From: an uncultured bacterium
GTDB lineage: Bacteria; Caldisericota; Caldisericia; JAAYUI01
NCBI GenBank assembly: GCA_965370295.1
Contig: CBDUSO010000003.1
Location: 7,059 to 71,058 of the forward strand
Direction of reading: 5' to 3'
DNA: 64,000 nt
A program made the position numbers and the translations under genes. Shown here piece by piece: positions 1 to 10,017 of the stretch. A model generated the notes under the pieces. The model did not search any database. It saw nothing but the letters and a program-made list of their open reading frames with translations, and was not told the DNA's origin. How positions within the stretch are numbered: position 1 is the first letter of the stretch; every line of letters starts with the position of its first letter.

Positions 1-462
1 AAGAGGGGTACTCTTGAGAGACTGTTCCGACCTTCGATCACAATCGAGCTAGAGGATGGAATAGTCAACGTCACAAGATCCTCTGAACTGAAGCACATCA
101 AACAGCTTCATGGAACAACCAGAGCTCACATCGCCAACATGGTTGAGGGTGTCAGTAATGGATTCAAAAAAGTTCTCATGATCACAGGTGTTGGATACAA
201 GGCAAACGTTCAAGGGAAAATGATCTCCCTGAGCCTTGGTTACTCTCACCCGATTGAAGTCAAAATACCAGACGACATCAAGTGTGAGACTCCAAAGGAT
301 AATCGCATTGAAATCGAGGGAGCAAACAAAGAATCCGTCGGTGCATTTGCCAGAGATATTAGACAGTATAGAACTCCAGATCCATACAAAGCCAAGGGAG
401 TGAGATACAAGGATGAAATTATCCGTCGCAAGAGTGGCAAATCAATGGTTGCAGGAGAATAG
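1..462 (+). CDS. rplF: 50S ribosomal protein L6 (5' partial; continues upstream of window)
   Basis: In-frame translation from nt 1 reads like an L6 C-terminal half (…[26 protein letters not shown]…). It sits in the expected place before rplR. Confidence 0.9.
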   Translation, partial: KRGTLERLFRPSITIELEDGIVNVTRSSELKHIKQLHGTTRAHIANMVEGVSNGFKKVLMITGVGYKANVQGKMISLSLGYSHPIEVKIPDDIKCETPKDNRIEIEGANKESVGAFARDIRQYRTPDPYKAKGVRYKDEIIRRKSGKSMVAGE

Positions 463-464
463 AC

Positions 465-821
465 ATGATAGTTCCATTTGAAAGAAACAAAGAAAGACTC
501 AGGAGAAAACGCACCATTCGTAAGAAAATCAACGGTACTCCTGAGAGACCAAGGCTTACAATTTTTAGAAGCCTCAAACACATCTCCTCCCAGGTTATTG
601 ATGATATGAAGGGTGTAACTCTCTTCTCAGCAAGCACCATGCAAGATGTTGATGCAAGTGGAAGCAATGTGGAAGCTGCAAAAAAAATTGGAAAGATTAT
701 CGCAGAAAGAGCTATCTCAGCAGGAATAAAAGAAGTCGTGTTTGATCGCTCTGGTTATCTTTATCATGGACGTGTAAAGGCTTTTGCAGATTCTGCAAGA
801 AAAGCCGGACTCAAGTTCTAG
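465..821 (+). CDS. rplR: 50S ribosomal protein L18
   Basis: 118 aa with L18-like sequence. ATG start at 465 lies 3 nt after the rplF stop, in conserved operon order. Confidence 0.9.
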   Translation: MIVPFERNKERLRRKRTIRKKINGTPERPRLTIFRSLKHISSQVIDDMKGVTLFSASTMQDVDASGSNVEAAKKIGKIIAERAISAGIKEVVFDRSGYLYHGRVKAFADSARKAGLKF

Positions 822-841
822 GGCCTTAAGGAGAATCTCAC

Positions 842-1372
842 ATGGCAGATAATAATAGAAGAAGATTTGGCAGAGACGAGAATGACCCGTTTGAAGAACA
901 GATAGTTCAGATAGACAGGGTCAGCAAAACTGTCAAAGGTGGTAAGAGGATGCGATTCAGAGTTCTTGTTGTTGTTGGAAACAAGGATGATGGAACGGTT
1001 GGTGTAGCACTTGGTAAGGCTAAGGAAATCCCAATCGCAATCAGAAAAGCAGTGACCAGAGCAAAGAGAGCTATGATAAAGGTTCCAATTCGTGGAACAA
1101 CAATTCCACACGACATTACATCAAAAATTGGTGGAGTAAGTGTTTATCTGGCTCCCGCAGTTCCAGGAACTGGTTTGATTGCAGGTGGTGTTGTCCGAAT
1201 GGTTCTTGAAAAAGCCGGTCTCAAGGATGTTATCAGTAAAGCTCATGGCTCAACAAACGCCATGAACCTTGCAAAAACAACCGTTAAAGCAATTCGTAAC
1301 CTAAAAGATCCAGTAGAATATGCCAAACAAAGAGGTATTTCGGTAGCCCAGATGTTTGGTACAGAGGTTTGA
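842..1372 (+). CDS. rpsE: 30S ribosomal protein S5
   Basis: 176 aa. Contains the S5 dsRBD and C-terminal domain motifs (GGRRMRFRVLVVVG…). AAGGAG RBS upstream. Confidence 0.9.
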   Translation: MADNNRRRFGRDENDPFEEQIVQIDRVSKTVKGGKRMRFRVLVVVGNKDDGTVGVALGKAKEIPIAIRKAVTRAKRAMIKVPIRGTTIPHDITSKIGGVSVYLAPAVPGTGLIAGGVVRMVLEKAGLKDVISKAHGSTNAMNLAKTTVKAIRNLKDPVEYAKQRGISVAQMFGTEV

Positions 1373-1373
1373 T

Positions 1374-1901
1374 ATGAATCTACATACACTAAAACCCGTT
1401 GAGGGCTCAAGAAAAAAGAAGAGAATTATTGGTCGCGGTGATGGCTCAGGTCGAGGCAAATGTTCAGGTTATGGACACAAAGGTGCCAAAGCCCGTTCTG
1501 GTCGAGGAAAGGGATACGGAAGTGGTTACGAGGGTGGAGCAACCCGAAGTTATCTCCGCATTCCAAAGATCAGAGGTTGGAGAAACAAACTGATAAAGCC
1601 ACTTAAACTTGGTGAAATTCAGCTTGAAAATCTCAACTCAATCCCAGCCGGTACTGATGTAAATCTAACTGTTCTCTGGGAGCATGGTCTGGTCAAAAAA
1701 ACAGATCGAGCTTACAAAATTCTTGGTGGAACAGAGATTACAGTTGCCCTCAATTTCAAGAAAGCCAGAGCAACAAAGAGTGCAGTAACTGCAATCGAAA
1801 AGGTTGGCGGAACAATTGAGATAGTTAAACCACCAGCCGATCCTAAAAAAAGATTTGCAGCAAAAAAACCAATTAGCAAAAAATCCGAGCAAGGAGTTTA
1901 G
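1374..1901 (+). CDS. rplO: 50S ribosomal protein L15 (with Lys-rich C-terminal extension)
   Basis: MNLHTLKPVEGSRKKKRIIGRGDGSG… is a typical L15 N-terminus. I place the start at ATG 1374, directly after the rpsE stop. The longer track ORF at 1356 starts with TTG and overlaps rpsE. Confidence 0.85.
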   Translation: MNLHTLKPVEGSRKKKRIIGRGDGSGRGKCSGYGHKGAKARSGRGKGYGSGYEGGATRSYLRIPKIRGWRNKLIKPLKLGEIQLENLNSIPAGTDVNLTVLWEHGLVKKTDRAYKILGGTEITVALNFKKARATKSAVTAIEKVGGTIEIVKPPADPKKRFAAKKPISKKSEQGV

Positions 1902-1903
1902 CG

Positions 1904-3220
1904 ATGTTCAAAACCTTAAGAAATGCCTGGAACATACCCGAGCTTAGGCAGAAGTCTTTTGTGACCCTGATTCTTTTTGTTCTCTTCAGGTTGGGTAACC
2001 ATATTACCCTCCCCGGTATCAACCGACTTGCATTATTTGCAATGAAGGAACAGGGCGGACTTATGGGACTCATGGACATGTTCTCGGGTGGCGGACTTCT
2101 GAAAATTTCAGTTTTCTCACTCGGAGTAATCCCGTACATCAATGCATCCATCATCCTGAATCTCCTCCAGTCTGTTATTCCAGCACTTGAACGTATGGTG
2201 CAGGAAGAGGGCATGGAGGGTCGAAGAAAGATGGCAAGAATAACCAAATGGGTAACCGTTGGTTTGGCATCTCTCCAGTCCTTTGCGTTCGCATTCATGC
2301 TCTATCCTGGTATTCTAAAGAGTAATGCTGCATTCCATGGAATTGACCTCTATGCAAACCCCGATTCTATTATGCTCAGATTCTACGCAGCATTCGTTTT
2401 GATTGTGGGTTCATTCCTTTTGGTTTGGCTTGGAGAATTAATGACCGAAAAGGGCATCGGTAACGGTGTCTCACTCATCATCTTCGCTGGAATCATTGCT
2501 CGTGTTGTTCCTGGATTCAATATTGTTCTTCAGAATATCAAAGGTAATGCCGCATCATGGATTGGTTTTGGAGTTTACATAGGAATATTCATTGCCTTTA
2601 TCGGTGTGATTATTTGGGCATATGAAGCTGAAAGAAGGGTACCGGTTCAACATGCCAAGAGGATTGTCGGGAGAAAGATGTATGGTGGTCAAACCACGTA
2701 CATCCCACTTCGCTTGATTCAAGCGGGTGTTCTACCAATCATCTTTGCCTCAGCCGTCATCACATTCCCCCAAATAATAGGTACCTTTATATCTCAGCAG
2801 TCCTGGTGGAATACTGCGGTAGTCGCAAACCTGTCAAGTACAGGCAAACCACTCTACAACGTTCTGTTCTTCTTCCTGGTTGTTTTCTTCACCTATTTCT
2901 ACACAGCAATGCAGTATGATCCCGAAAAACTATCCTCCGATCTTCAGAAACAGGGTGGATTTGTACCCGGTGTAAGACCTGGTGAAGCGACGAAGAAATA
3001 CTTCCAGGGAGTTCTTGCAAAAGTAACTCTTCCTGCATCGGTATTCCTTGGTATCTTAGCAGTCCTTCCAAACCTGCTTCTTGCAGGAGTTCCACAGTTT
3101 GCAAGCATGTTCATCGGTGGAACAGGTATCCTGATTGCAATCGGTGTCTCACTTGAAACAGTCAACCAGATTGAATCATACTTGACGATGAGAAACTATG
3201 AGGGATTCCTAGGAAAATGA
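1904..3220 (+). CDS. secY: preprotein translocase subunit SecY
   Basis: 438 aa with 10 TM segments and SecY signature regions. Position after rplO matches the conserved operon. Confidence 0.95.
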   Translation: MFKTLRNAWNIPELRQKSFVTLILFVLFRLGNHITLPGINRLALFAMKEQGGLMGLMDMFSGGGLLKISVFSLGVIPYINASIILNLLQSVIPALERMVQEEGMEGRRKMARITKWVTVGLASLQSFAFAFMLYPGILKSNAAFHGIDLYANPDSIMLRFYAAFVLIVGSFLLVWLGELMTEKGIGNGVSLIIFAGIIARVVPGFNIVLQNIKGNAASWIGFGVYIGIFIAFIGVIIWAYEAERRVPVQHAKRIVGRKMYGGQTTYIPLRLIQAGVLPIIFASAVITFPQIIGTFISQQSWWNTAVVANLSSTGKPLYNVLFFFLVVFFTYFYTAMQYDPEKLSSDLQKQGGFVPGVRPGEATKKYFQGVLAKVTLPASVFLGILAVLPNLLLAGVPQFASMFIGGTGILIAIGVSLETVNQIESYLTMRNYEGFLGK

Positions 3221-3834
3221 GATTGATTCTTCTTGGCCCACCCGGATCTGGAAAGGGAACTTCCGCGAGAAAACTCGCAGAGAAGTTTGGTGTGGAGAAT
3301 GTTATCGCATCCAACCTTTTGAGACAGGAATACAAGAATGGCTCTCCGGATGGGGAAAAGATAAGAAGCTATATGGATTCTGGGAACTTGGTTCCAGATG
3401 AGATTACAAACAGAATCCTGCTGAGTTATCTGAAAGAAGTTGATGGATACATCCTTGATGGTTATCCAAGAACCAGGAATCAAGCAGAAAAACTTGAGGA
3501 GAAGTTGCAGGAAAATGGCGTCGTGATAGACCGAGTAATCTATCTTGATGTCCCACTGGATGTGGCTCTTGCAAGAAACCTCTCCAGGATGACCTGCCCG
3601 AATTGTGGTTATTCACCGTCCTCTGAGATGGAAATATGCCCACATTGTCACACAAAATTGGGAAAAAGAACCGATGATGCTGTCCAGACTATCAAACACA
3701 GATTCAAAACATATCTCGAACTGACAAAACCGCTCATCGATTTTTATAGTGAAAAAGGAATCCTGCTTACCGTTGATGCAAGTGTAACGATTGATGAAGT
3801 TAACAGGTCTATTGTTAGTGGACTTGAAGACTAG
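3217..3834 (+). CDS. adk: adenylate kinase (with Cys4 zinc-binding lid)
   Basis: GPPGSGKGT P-loop plus a CPNCG…CPHC lid. The ATGA start overlaps the secY stop. Confidence 0.9.
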   Translation: MRLILLGPPGSGKGTSARKLAEKFGVENVIASNLLRQEYKNGSPDGEKIRSYMDSGNLVPDEITNRILLSYLKEVDGYILDGYPRTRNQAEKLEEKLQENGVVIDRVIYLDVPLDVALARNLSRMTCPNCGYSPSSEMEICPHCHTKLGKRTDDAVQTIKHRFKTYLELTKPLIDFYSEKGILLTVDASVTIDEVNRSIVSGLED

Positions 3835-4590
3835 ATGATAGTAATAAAAACTCCTCAAGAAATTGAGAAGATGAGGGTGTTGGGTCGCGAGGCGGGTCAC
3901 ATCCTTAGCACCTTGAAAAAAAATACAAAGTCTGGCATGACAACCAGACAGATTGATGAACTTGCAGTAATTGAATCTGAGAAGATGGGTGCAAACCTTT
4001 CCAGCTTTGGCTATCATGGTTTCCCTGGTCATCTGTGTATCTCTGTGAATGAAACTATTATTCATGGAATTCCAGACAGGAGAAAACTAAAGAATGGTGA
4101 TCTTGTCAGCCTGGACATGCTTCTTGATCGTGATGGGATGTATGTTGATACAGCAATCACATTCACGGTTGGAAGCCCGAAAAAACTGCAAAAAAAATTG
4201 ATGGAAGTCACAAGAGAAGCCTTGAATTTAGGCATCAAAAAGGCTGTTTCGGGGAATCACGTTGGTGATATTTCCTTTGCGATTCAGCTCTTTGTCGAAT
4301 CAAATGGTTTCTCAGTGATAAGGGAGTTTGTGGGTCATGGTGTTGGTAAATCAATCCTTGAAGATCCACAGATTCCAAATTTTGGAAAATCAGGTTTTGG
4401 GCATATCCTGAAACCTGGAATGACCCTCGCTATTGAGCCCATGGTGTCTGCTGGCACATGGAACGTTAAGGTTCTGTCCGATGGTTGGACAGCAAATACA
4501 GCAGATGGTTCACTTTCCGCTCATTTTGAGCACACAGTGCTTGTGACTGAAGATGAACCAGAGATACTAACTAAGAGAATGACAGATTAA
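3835..4590 (+). CDS. map: methionine aminopeptidase type I
   Basis: 251 aa with MetAP metal-ligand motifs (D…D…H…E…E pattern, HGIPD, FVGHGVG). Confidence 0.9.
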   Translation: MIVIKTPQEIEKMRVLGREAGHILSTLKKNTKSGMTTRQIDELAVIESEKMGANLSSFGYHGFPGHLCISVNETIIHGIPDRRKLKNGDLVSLDMLLDRDGMYVDTAITFTVGSPKKLQKKLMEVTREALNLGIKKAVSGNHVGDISFAIQLFVESNGFSVIREFVGHGVGKSILEDPQIPNFGKSGFGHILKPGMTLAIEPMVSAGTWNVKVLSDGWTANTADGSLSAHFEHTVLVTEDEPEILTKRMTD

Positions 4591-4602
4591 GATGGAGGTT
4601 AT

Positions 4603-4821
4603 GTGGCAGATTCACGAGAAGTGATTGAGACTGAGGCAGAGATAGTCGAAACTTTACCCTCAGCAATGTTCAAGGTAAAGCTTGCCAACGGCAAGATAAT
4701 CCTTGCACATGTATCTGGTAGAATGAGAAAGTATTTCATTCGTATCTTACCAGGAGACAGGGTACGTATCGAGCTGAGTCCCTATGATCTTTCCCGTGCT
4801 CGTATAACCTACAGGTTGTAG
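4603..4821 (+). CDS. infA: translation initiation factor IF-1
   Basis: 72 aa S1-like IF-1 sequence. GTG start with a GGAGG RBS 7 nt upstream. Confidence 0.9.
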   Translation: MADSREVIETEAEIVETLPSAMFKVKLANGKIILAHVSGRMRKYFIRILPGDRVRIELSPYDLSRARITYRL

Positions 4822-4843
4822 AGAAGACTGGAGGAAGCACACT

Positions 4844-4957
4844 ATGAAGGTTAGAGTGTCAGTAAAACCAATTTGTGAAAAATGCAAAACCATTCGACGC
4901 AAAGGTCGAGTGATGGTGATTTGTGAAAACCCAAAACACAAACAGAGACAGAAATAG
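4844..4957 (+). CDS. rpmJ: 50S ribosomal protein L36
   Basis: This 37-aa ORF is not in the supplied track (too short). [37 protein letters not shown] carries the canonical C-x2-C-x12-C-x4-H L36 zinc ribbon, and it lies between infA and rpsM. Confidence 0.85.
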   Translation: MKVRVSVKPICEKCKTIRRKGRVMVICENPKHKQRQK

Positions 4958-4967
4958 GAGTATGTAA

Positions 4968-5339
4968 ATGCCACGAATTTCAGGTGTAGACATTCCAGCT
5001 AACAAACGTGTAGATATTTCTCTGCGTTACATCTACGGCATTGGTCCTGTCAATGCTCATGAGGTTGTCGAGAAGGCCGGTATTGATCCCTTAAAGAGAA
5101 TGAAAGAGCTCACAAAAGAAGAGCTTGAGAAGATCAATGAGGTTCTAAACAACGATTATAAGGTTGAGGGAGACCTCAGACAAGAAGTCACCCAGAACAT
5201 CAAACGCCTTATTGAAATCGGTTCGTACAGAGGTCTCAGACACAAACGCGGTCTCCCTGTCAGAGGACAGAGAACACGTACAAATGCACGTACCCGTAAG
5301 GGTAGATCTCATGCAGTCGGCATTTCAAGAAAGAAATAA
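4968..5339 (+). CDS. rpsM: 30S ribosomal protein S13
   Basis: [15 protein letters not shown]… is an S13 N-terminus. AGGAG RBS upstream. Confidence 0.9.
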   Translation: MPRISGVDIPANKRVDISLRYIYGIGPVNAHEVVEKAGIDPLKRMKELTKEELEKINEVLNNDYKVEGDLRQEVTQNIKRLIEIGSYRGLRHKRGLPVRGQRTRTNARTRKGRSHAVGISRKK

Positions 5340-5351
5340 GGAGTAAGGGAT

Positions 5352-5726
5352 ATGGCTAAGAAAAAAAGAGTAAAAAAGCTGGTCTCTGAGGGACGAATCT
5401 ATATTCATTGCAGTTTCAACAACTGCATTGTTTCTATCACTGACAAAGATGGCGGTGTGGTAGCATGGTCATCCGGTGGTGAGAGTGGTTTCAAGGGAAC
5501 AAGAAAAGGAACAGGATTTGCAGCCCAGGTAGTAGCCCAGAATGCTTGTAAAAAAGCAATGGACATGGGTATGAAAGAAGCCAGATTGTTTGTCAAAGGT
5601 CCGGGTTCTGGCAGAGAAACTGCAATCCGTTCAATAGGTAACTCAGGTATCACAATAACCGCAATCAAAGACATCACTCCAATTCCACACAACGGATGCC
5701 GTCCACCAAAGATCAGGAGAGTATAA
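5352..5726 (+). CDS. rpsK: 30S ribosomal protein S11
   Basis: 124 aa with S11 sequence. Confidence 0.9.
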   Translation: MAKKKRVKKLVSEGRIYIHCSFNNCIVSITDKDGGVVAWSSGGESGFKGTRKGTGFAAQVVAQNACKKAMDMGMKEARLFVKGPGSGRETAIRSIGNSGITITAIKDITPIPHNGCRPPKIRRV

Positions 5727-5729
5727 AAG

Positions 5730-6362
5730 ATGGGTAGATACACAGGACCAGTCTGCAGACTTTGCAGAAGAGAAAAAAACAAGCTCTATCTCAAGGGTGC
5801 AAGATGTTTTGGAGCAAAGTGTCCACTCGAAGGGAACTATCATATTCCCGGAATGCACGGACCAAAGAAGAGACCAAGAGAAAAGATTTCTGATTATGGA
5901 CTTCACCTCAGGGAAAAACAGAGAGTAAGAAGAACATATGGAATGATGGAGAATCAGTTCAAGAATTATTTCGTGGTTGCCAAAAATCAGAGAACTATTC
6001 CAACCGGTGACAAACTGCTTGAGCTCCTGGAGAGAAGACTCGATAACGTTCTGTATCGTGCATCTCTTGCCCCAAGTCGAACATCAGCAAGACAGATTAT
6101 CAACCATGCTCACATCAGAGTGAATGGTAAGAGATTGGATATCCCCTCATACATCGTCAAACCCGGTGACTCCATTGAAATCAAACCAAAGGCAAGAAAA
6201 ATTAATCTGATCGAAGAAGCTATCAAATCACCTGTCACACCACCATCATGGATGACATTTGATGAAAAAAACTTTAAAGTTGAAATTCTTAGAATTCCAA
6301 CGATTTCAGACATAGACTCGACCGTCAACATCCAGCTTGTGGTTGAGTATTACTCAAGGTAG
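5730..6362 (+). CDS. rpsD: 30S ribosomal protein S4 (Cys4 N-terminal type)
   Basis: MGRYTGPVCRLCRREKNKLYLKG…C…C, followed by an S4 RNA-binding domain. Confidence 0.9.
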   Translation: MGRYTGPVCRLCRREKNKLYLKGARCFGAKCPLEGNYHIPGMHGPKKRPREKISDYGLHLREKQRVRRTYGMMENQFKNYFVVAKNQRTIPTGDKLLELLERRLDNVLYRASLAPSRTSARQIINHAHIRVNGKRLDIPSYIVKPGDSIEIKPKARKINLIEEAIKSPVTPPSWMTFDEKNFKVEILRIPTISDIDSTVNIQLVVEYYSR

Positions 6363-6373
6363 AGGGGTAAAAA

Positions 6374-7969
6374 GTGTTTCCACTTGCTAGTCTTGAACTC
6401 AAGACCATCGAAGAGGATGCCTTCCTGGGGCGTTACACATTAGAACCTCTTCATCCAGGATATGGAGTACTAATTGGCAACAGTTTGAGAAGGGTTATGC
6501 TCTCCTCAATCAAGGGTGCCTCTCCTATCGCACTCCGAATTGACGGTGTTCCTCATGAATTCTCCGTGATTGAGGGTGTGGTAGAAGATGTTGTTCAGAT
6601 CGTTCTTAATCTGAAAAAACTCGTGGTTGCCATGGATACTGATGAAATCCGAACACTAACACTCGATGCTTCTGGTGAAAAGATGGTTACTGCGGCTGAT
6701 ATTATTCCCGATATTGATACCACCATCGTGAACCCGGAACTTCACATCGCAGAACTTTCATCACCAAACTCAACTCTTCGAATGGACATAATGGTATCCA
6801 AAAAGAGGGGTTACGTTCCCATTGTCAAAAACAAAATGGAAGGTTATCCCATTGGTACCATCTGGCTCGATGCCATGTTTACACCGGTCAAAAATGTCAG
6901 ATTTTCTGTTGAGCAGACATTAATTGAACAGTATCTGGACTTTGAAAGATTGAGTATCGATATCCTTTGTAACGGTGCAATTCCACCCCGTGAAGCATTG
7001 CTCCAGGGACTCCAGATACTCTCAGATTACTACACTGTGATTGCACAACCTGAGCTTCTCAAAAAAGAAGAAGAGGGACTTGAAGAGATGCTGGAAGAAA
7101 AGCTTGGTCAACCACTTGACACAGCAGTTCCAGGCATTTCTGCAAAAACCCACCATCTTCTTGTTTACGAAGGAATCAAATCACTTCGTGACCTCCTCAT
7201 GCGTGAGCAGGATGAAATCAAAGCAATTCGTGGAATCAGCACAAAGGCTCTCTCCTCCCTCATGAAGGCGTTAAACAATTCCCCAGATTACGAATTGATT
7301 TCACAGTACACATTCCCTCTCTTTGGTGAAGAATCAGCTGTAGAAGTTTCCGATCCAGTCGAAGAGGAACCCAAGAAAAAATCTCAGAAAGAACCAGTTT
7401 CCGTAACTCCCGAGGTTGAAGAAGAAATTTCAGAACCAGAGGAAGAAACTGTTCTTGAAACTGAAGAATTAAAAATTGACAAAACCGTAACTGGTGAGGC
7501 AGATGTCCCTCAGGAAGCATTGAACTATCAACTTGAAGATATTTCACTTGCAAAACACACCATGAACTTCCTTGAAGAAAATGGTGTTACTACCCTTGTC
7601 CAGTTGGTAAGCAGATCCAGAGATGAAATTCATGAGATGAAAGATTTCAAGGATAAGATTATCACTGAAATCGAAAATAAACTCGAAAAATTGGGTCTTC
7701 AACTCTCATCAGACAAGAGTTTTGAGTCCATGGATAAGGCAGCCCAGGAGAGAACAATTCGTGAAATGGAGATTGAAGTCTTCATCGCAAATGATGTTCC
7801 AATCCCAAGCACATCCCAAAAGGCACTCGAACAAAAAGGGATAAAAGTTGTTGGTGGACTCATGGATTTGGGAAAATCCGCACTTAAAGGAAAATTGAAA
7901 TTCTCAGGAAAAACAATAAAGACGATAGAAAAGAGACTCCAAGAATGGGGTCTTGAGCTCAAGGAGTAA
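6374..7969 (+). CDS. rpoA: DNA-directed RNA polymerase alpha subunit with extended C-terminus (three alpha-CTD-like HhH modules)
   Basis: GTG start after a GAGGGG RBS. The alpha-NTD spans aa 1 to about 230. Three modules match the alpha-CTD helix-hairpin-helix pattern, separated by an acidic E/P-rich linker. Total length is 531 aa against about 330 aa in typical bacteria. Confidence 0.9.
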   Translation: MFPLASLELKTIEEDAFLGRYTLEPLHPGYGVLIGNSLRRVMLSSIKGASPIALRIDGVPHEFSVIEGVVEDVVQIVLNLKKLVVAMDTDEIRTLTLDASGEKMVTAADIIPDIDTTIVNPELHIAELSSPNSTLRMDIMVSKKRGYVPIVKNKMEGYPIGTIWLDAMFTPVKNVRFSVEQTLIEQYLDFERLSIDILCNGAIPPREALLQGLQILSDYYTVIAQPELLKKEEEGLEEMLEEKLGQPLDTAVPGISAKTHHLLVYEGIKSLRDLLMREQDEIKAIRGISTKALSSLMKALNNSPDYELISQYTFPLFGEESAVEVSDPVEEEPKKKSQKEPVSVTPEVEEEISEPEEETVLETEELKIDKTVTGEADVPQEALNYQLEDISLAKHTMNFLEENGVTTLVQLVSRSRDEIHEMKDFKDKIITEIENKLEKLGLQLSSDKSFESMDKAAQERTIREMEIEVFIANDVPIPSTSQKALEQKGIKVVGGLMDLGKSALKGKLKFSGKTIKTIEKRLQEWGLELKE

Positions 7970-7971
7970 TT

Positions 7972-8331
7972 ATGAGACACCAGAAAACACATAGAAAACT
8001 TGGAGTTTGGAGTTCCTACAGAAAGATGATGCTCAGAAATCTCGCCACAAACCTCGTAATCTCAGGCAAGATTGAAACAACTGAAGCAAGATCAAAGGAA
8101 CTCAGACGAAAGATCGACCAGATATTTGTGGTTGCAAAAAGAGATGATCTTCCTTCAATCAGAAAAGTTTATTCCTTTTTCACAACAAAACAGGCTGCCA
8201 AAAGATGTCTTGATGATGCTAAGACAAAATTTGACGACAAAAAAACCGGTGGATTTTCGAGACAGTTTAAACTTGGACCACGCAGGGGAGATGGTGCCCC
8301 GTTGGTTCTTGTCAAATTAGACTATGCCTGA
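7972..8331 (+). CDS. rplQ: 50S ribosomal protein L17
   Basis: 119 aa with L17 sequence. Confidence 0.9.
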   Translation: MRHQKTHRKLGVWSSYRKMMLRNLATNLVISGKIETTEARSKELRRKIDQIFVVAKRDDLPSIRKVYSFFTTKQAAKRCLDDAKTKFDDKKTGGFSRQFKLGPRRGDGAPLVLVKLDYA

Positions 8332-9184
8332 AGAACTAGAGGTATCTGAGAACTCATCTCTGATAAAGTTCAGGGATGTGACATTCAGTTATCGCGACAG
8401 CGAAGATAATCGAGCACCCGCACTTAGTGGGTGCTCTTTTGCAATTACCGCTGGTGAATTTGTGGCACTTGTCGGACACAATTCCTCAGGGAAGTCGACG
8501 CTTGCAAAGCTTGTTAATGGATTGCTTTTGCCGGTTTCTGGTGAAGTGGTTTCAAATGGACTTACAACATCTGAAGAATCAAATCTGATTGAGATTCGTA
8601 AAGTAGTTGGACTCGTTTTTCAAAATCCAGACAATCAAACGGTTGCAACGATTGTTGAGGACGATGTCGCATTTGGTCCTGAAAATCTGAACCTTCCCCA
8701 ACCTGAGATTCGTGAACGAGTAGACAAAGCACTCGACACAGTTGGTATGTCAGACAAAATAAATCACATCGTTGCAAACTTGTCTGGTGGACAAAAGCAA
8801 CTTGTGGCGATTGCCGGGGTGCTTGCACTTCGCCCTAAGGTGATAATTCTTGACGAGGCAACCTCACTTCTTGACCCTAAGGGAAGACGACAGGTTCTCA
8901 AAAGAATCACTGAACTAAATCAGATGGGTATTGGAATCGTAATGATTACCCATCGAATGGAAGAAGTCTTGCTTGCAAATCGGGTGATTGCACTTGAAAA
9001 AGGAAAAATAATCTTTGATGGAAAACCAGCCGATCTGTTTGTGAATCGAGAATTACTAATCAGAGCAGGACTTGAACCACCAGCAATACTTGAACTAACC
9101 AAAGAGCTTCGGGATAAAAATTATAAAATAAAAACCCCCAGAAATCCAGCAGAACTTGTGGAGGAAATATGCAAATTGAGGTGA
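8324..9184 (+). CDS. ecfA1: ECF transporter ATPase component EcfA1
   Basis: ABC ATPase with Walker A GHNSSGKST, an LSGGQKQ signature, and the C-terminal ECF-type extension. Lies in the conserved rplQ-ecfAA'T-truA arrangement. Confidence 0.85.
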   Translation: MPEELEVSENSSLIKFRDVTFSYRDSEDNRAPALSGCSFAITAGEFVALVGHNSSGKSTLAKLVNGLLLPVSGEVVSNGLTTSEESNLIEIRKVVGLVFQNPDNQTVATIVEDDVAFGPENLNLPQPEIRERVDKALDTVGMSDKINHIVANLSGGQKQLVAIAGVLALRPKVIILDEATSLLDPKGRRQVLKRITELNQMGIGIVMITHRMEEVLLANRVIALEKGKIIFDGKPADLFVNRELLIRAGLEPPAILELTKELRDKNYKIKTPRNPAELVEEICKLR

Positions 9185-10017
9185 AGAACCTCACTCATGT
9201 TTATGACCGAGGGATGCCATTCGAATACACTGCACTCGACGATGTTTCTGTAACAATCAAAAGTGGATGTATCACTGGAATTATTGGGTCAACGGGTTCT
9301 GGAAAGAGTACCCTGATTCAACATTTTAACGCACTTCTTTTGCCAACCGAGGGTAGTGTTTTTGTTGATGGTGAAGATATTTCTGAAAAAAAGATGGATA
9401 AAAAACGACTCAGACAGAGAGTCGGAATGGTTTTCCAGTATCCCGAATCACAACTTTTTGGTGAGACCGTTGAAAAAGATATTGCATTTGGTCCAACCAA
9501 AATGGGTTTGAATGCTGATGAAATCGAGCAGAGAGTCAGAGAATCAATCTCGATGGTTGGGTTGAGTTTTGATGATTATCGGGAGAGATCCCCCTTCAAC
9601 CTCTCTGGTGGTGAAAAAAGAAAAGTTGCAATTGCTGGAATCCTTGCACTTCGTCCTGAGGTTTTAGTGCTTGATGAACCGACTGCCGGACTTGACCCAA
9701 GTGCAAGAAAAATACTCCTGGAGCTGATCGTTTCGTTCCGAAAAGATGGGAAAACTCTTGTGATGGTCTCTCATGATATGGATGAGATTGCTGGAGTTTC
9801 TGATGATGTGATTGTAATGAATCAATCCAAAATAGTTTTCTCCGGTGAGACTAGTGAAGCCTTCTCACAACCTGAAATGCTTCGAGGTGCAGGGTTGGAT
9901 GTCCCCATGCTTTCAATCATTGCCGAACTTCTGAGAAACAAAAAATTTGATATTCAGAGAAAAACCTGGACAGCACCGATGCTTGCAACCAGAATTTCAG
10001 AGGAATTAGAAAAATAA
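9169..10017 (+). CDS. ecfA2: ECF transporter ATPase component EcfA2
   Basis: Second ABC ATPase (GSTGSGKST, LSGGEKRK). Overlaps ecfA1 by 16 nt. Confidence 0.85.
   Translation: MQIEVKNLTHVYDRGMPFEYTALDDVSVTIKSGCITGIIGSTGSGKSTLIQHFNALLLPTEGSVFVDGEDISEKKMDKKRLRQRVGMVFQYPESQLFGETVEKDIAFGPTKMGLNADEIEQRVRESISMVGLSFDDYRERSPFNLSGGEKRKVAIAGILALRPEVLVLDEPTAGLDPSARKILLELIVSFRKDGKTLVMVSHDMDEIAGVSDDVIVMNQSKIVFSGETSEAFSQPEMLRGAGLDVPMLSIIAELLRNKKFDIQRKTWTAPMLATRISEELEK

Noticed and set aside
1356-1373. TTG start for rplO overlapping rpsE by 17 nt
   Set aside because: ATG 1374 directly follows the rpsE stop and gives the canonical L15 N-terminus MNLHTLKP….
49-3483. Numerous 60-140 aa ORFs antisense to, or out of frame within, the ribosomal protein, secY and adk genes (e.g. 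49..249 -, 246..581 -, 818..1111 -, 1873..2298 -, 2889..3165 -, 3196..3483 -)
   Set aside because: They are fully embedded in strongly conserved genes on the other strand or frame. They have no RBS and show low-complexity or compositionally biased translations, so they are ordinary overprinting artefacts.
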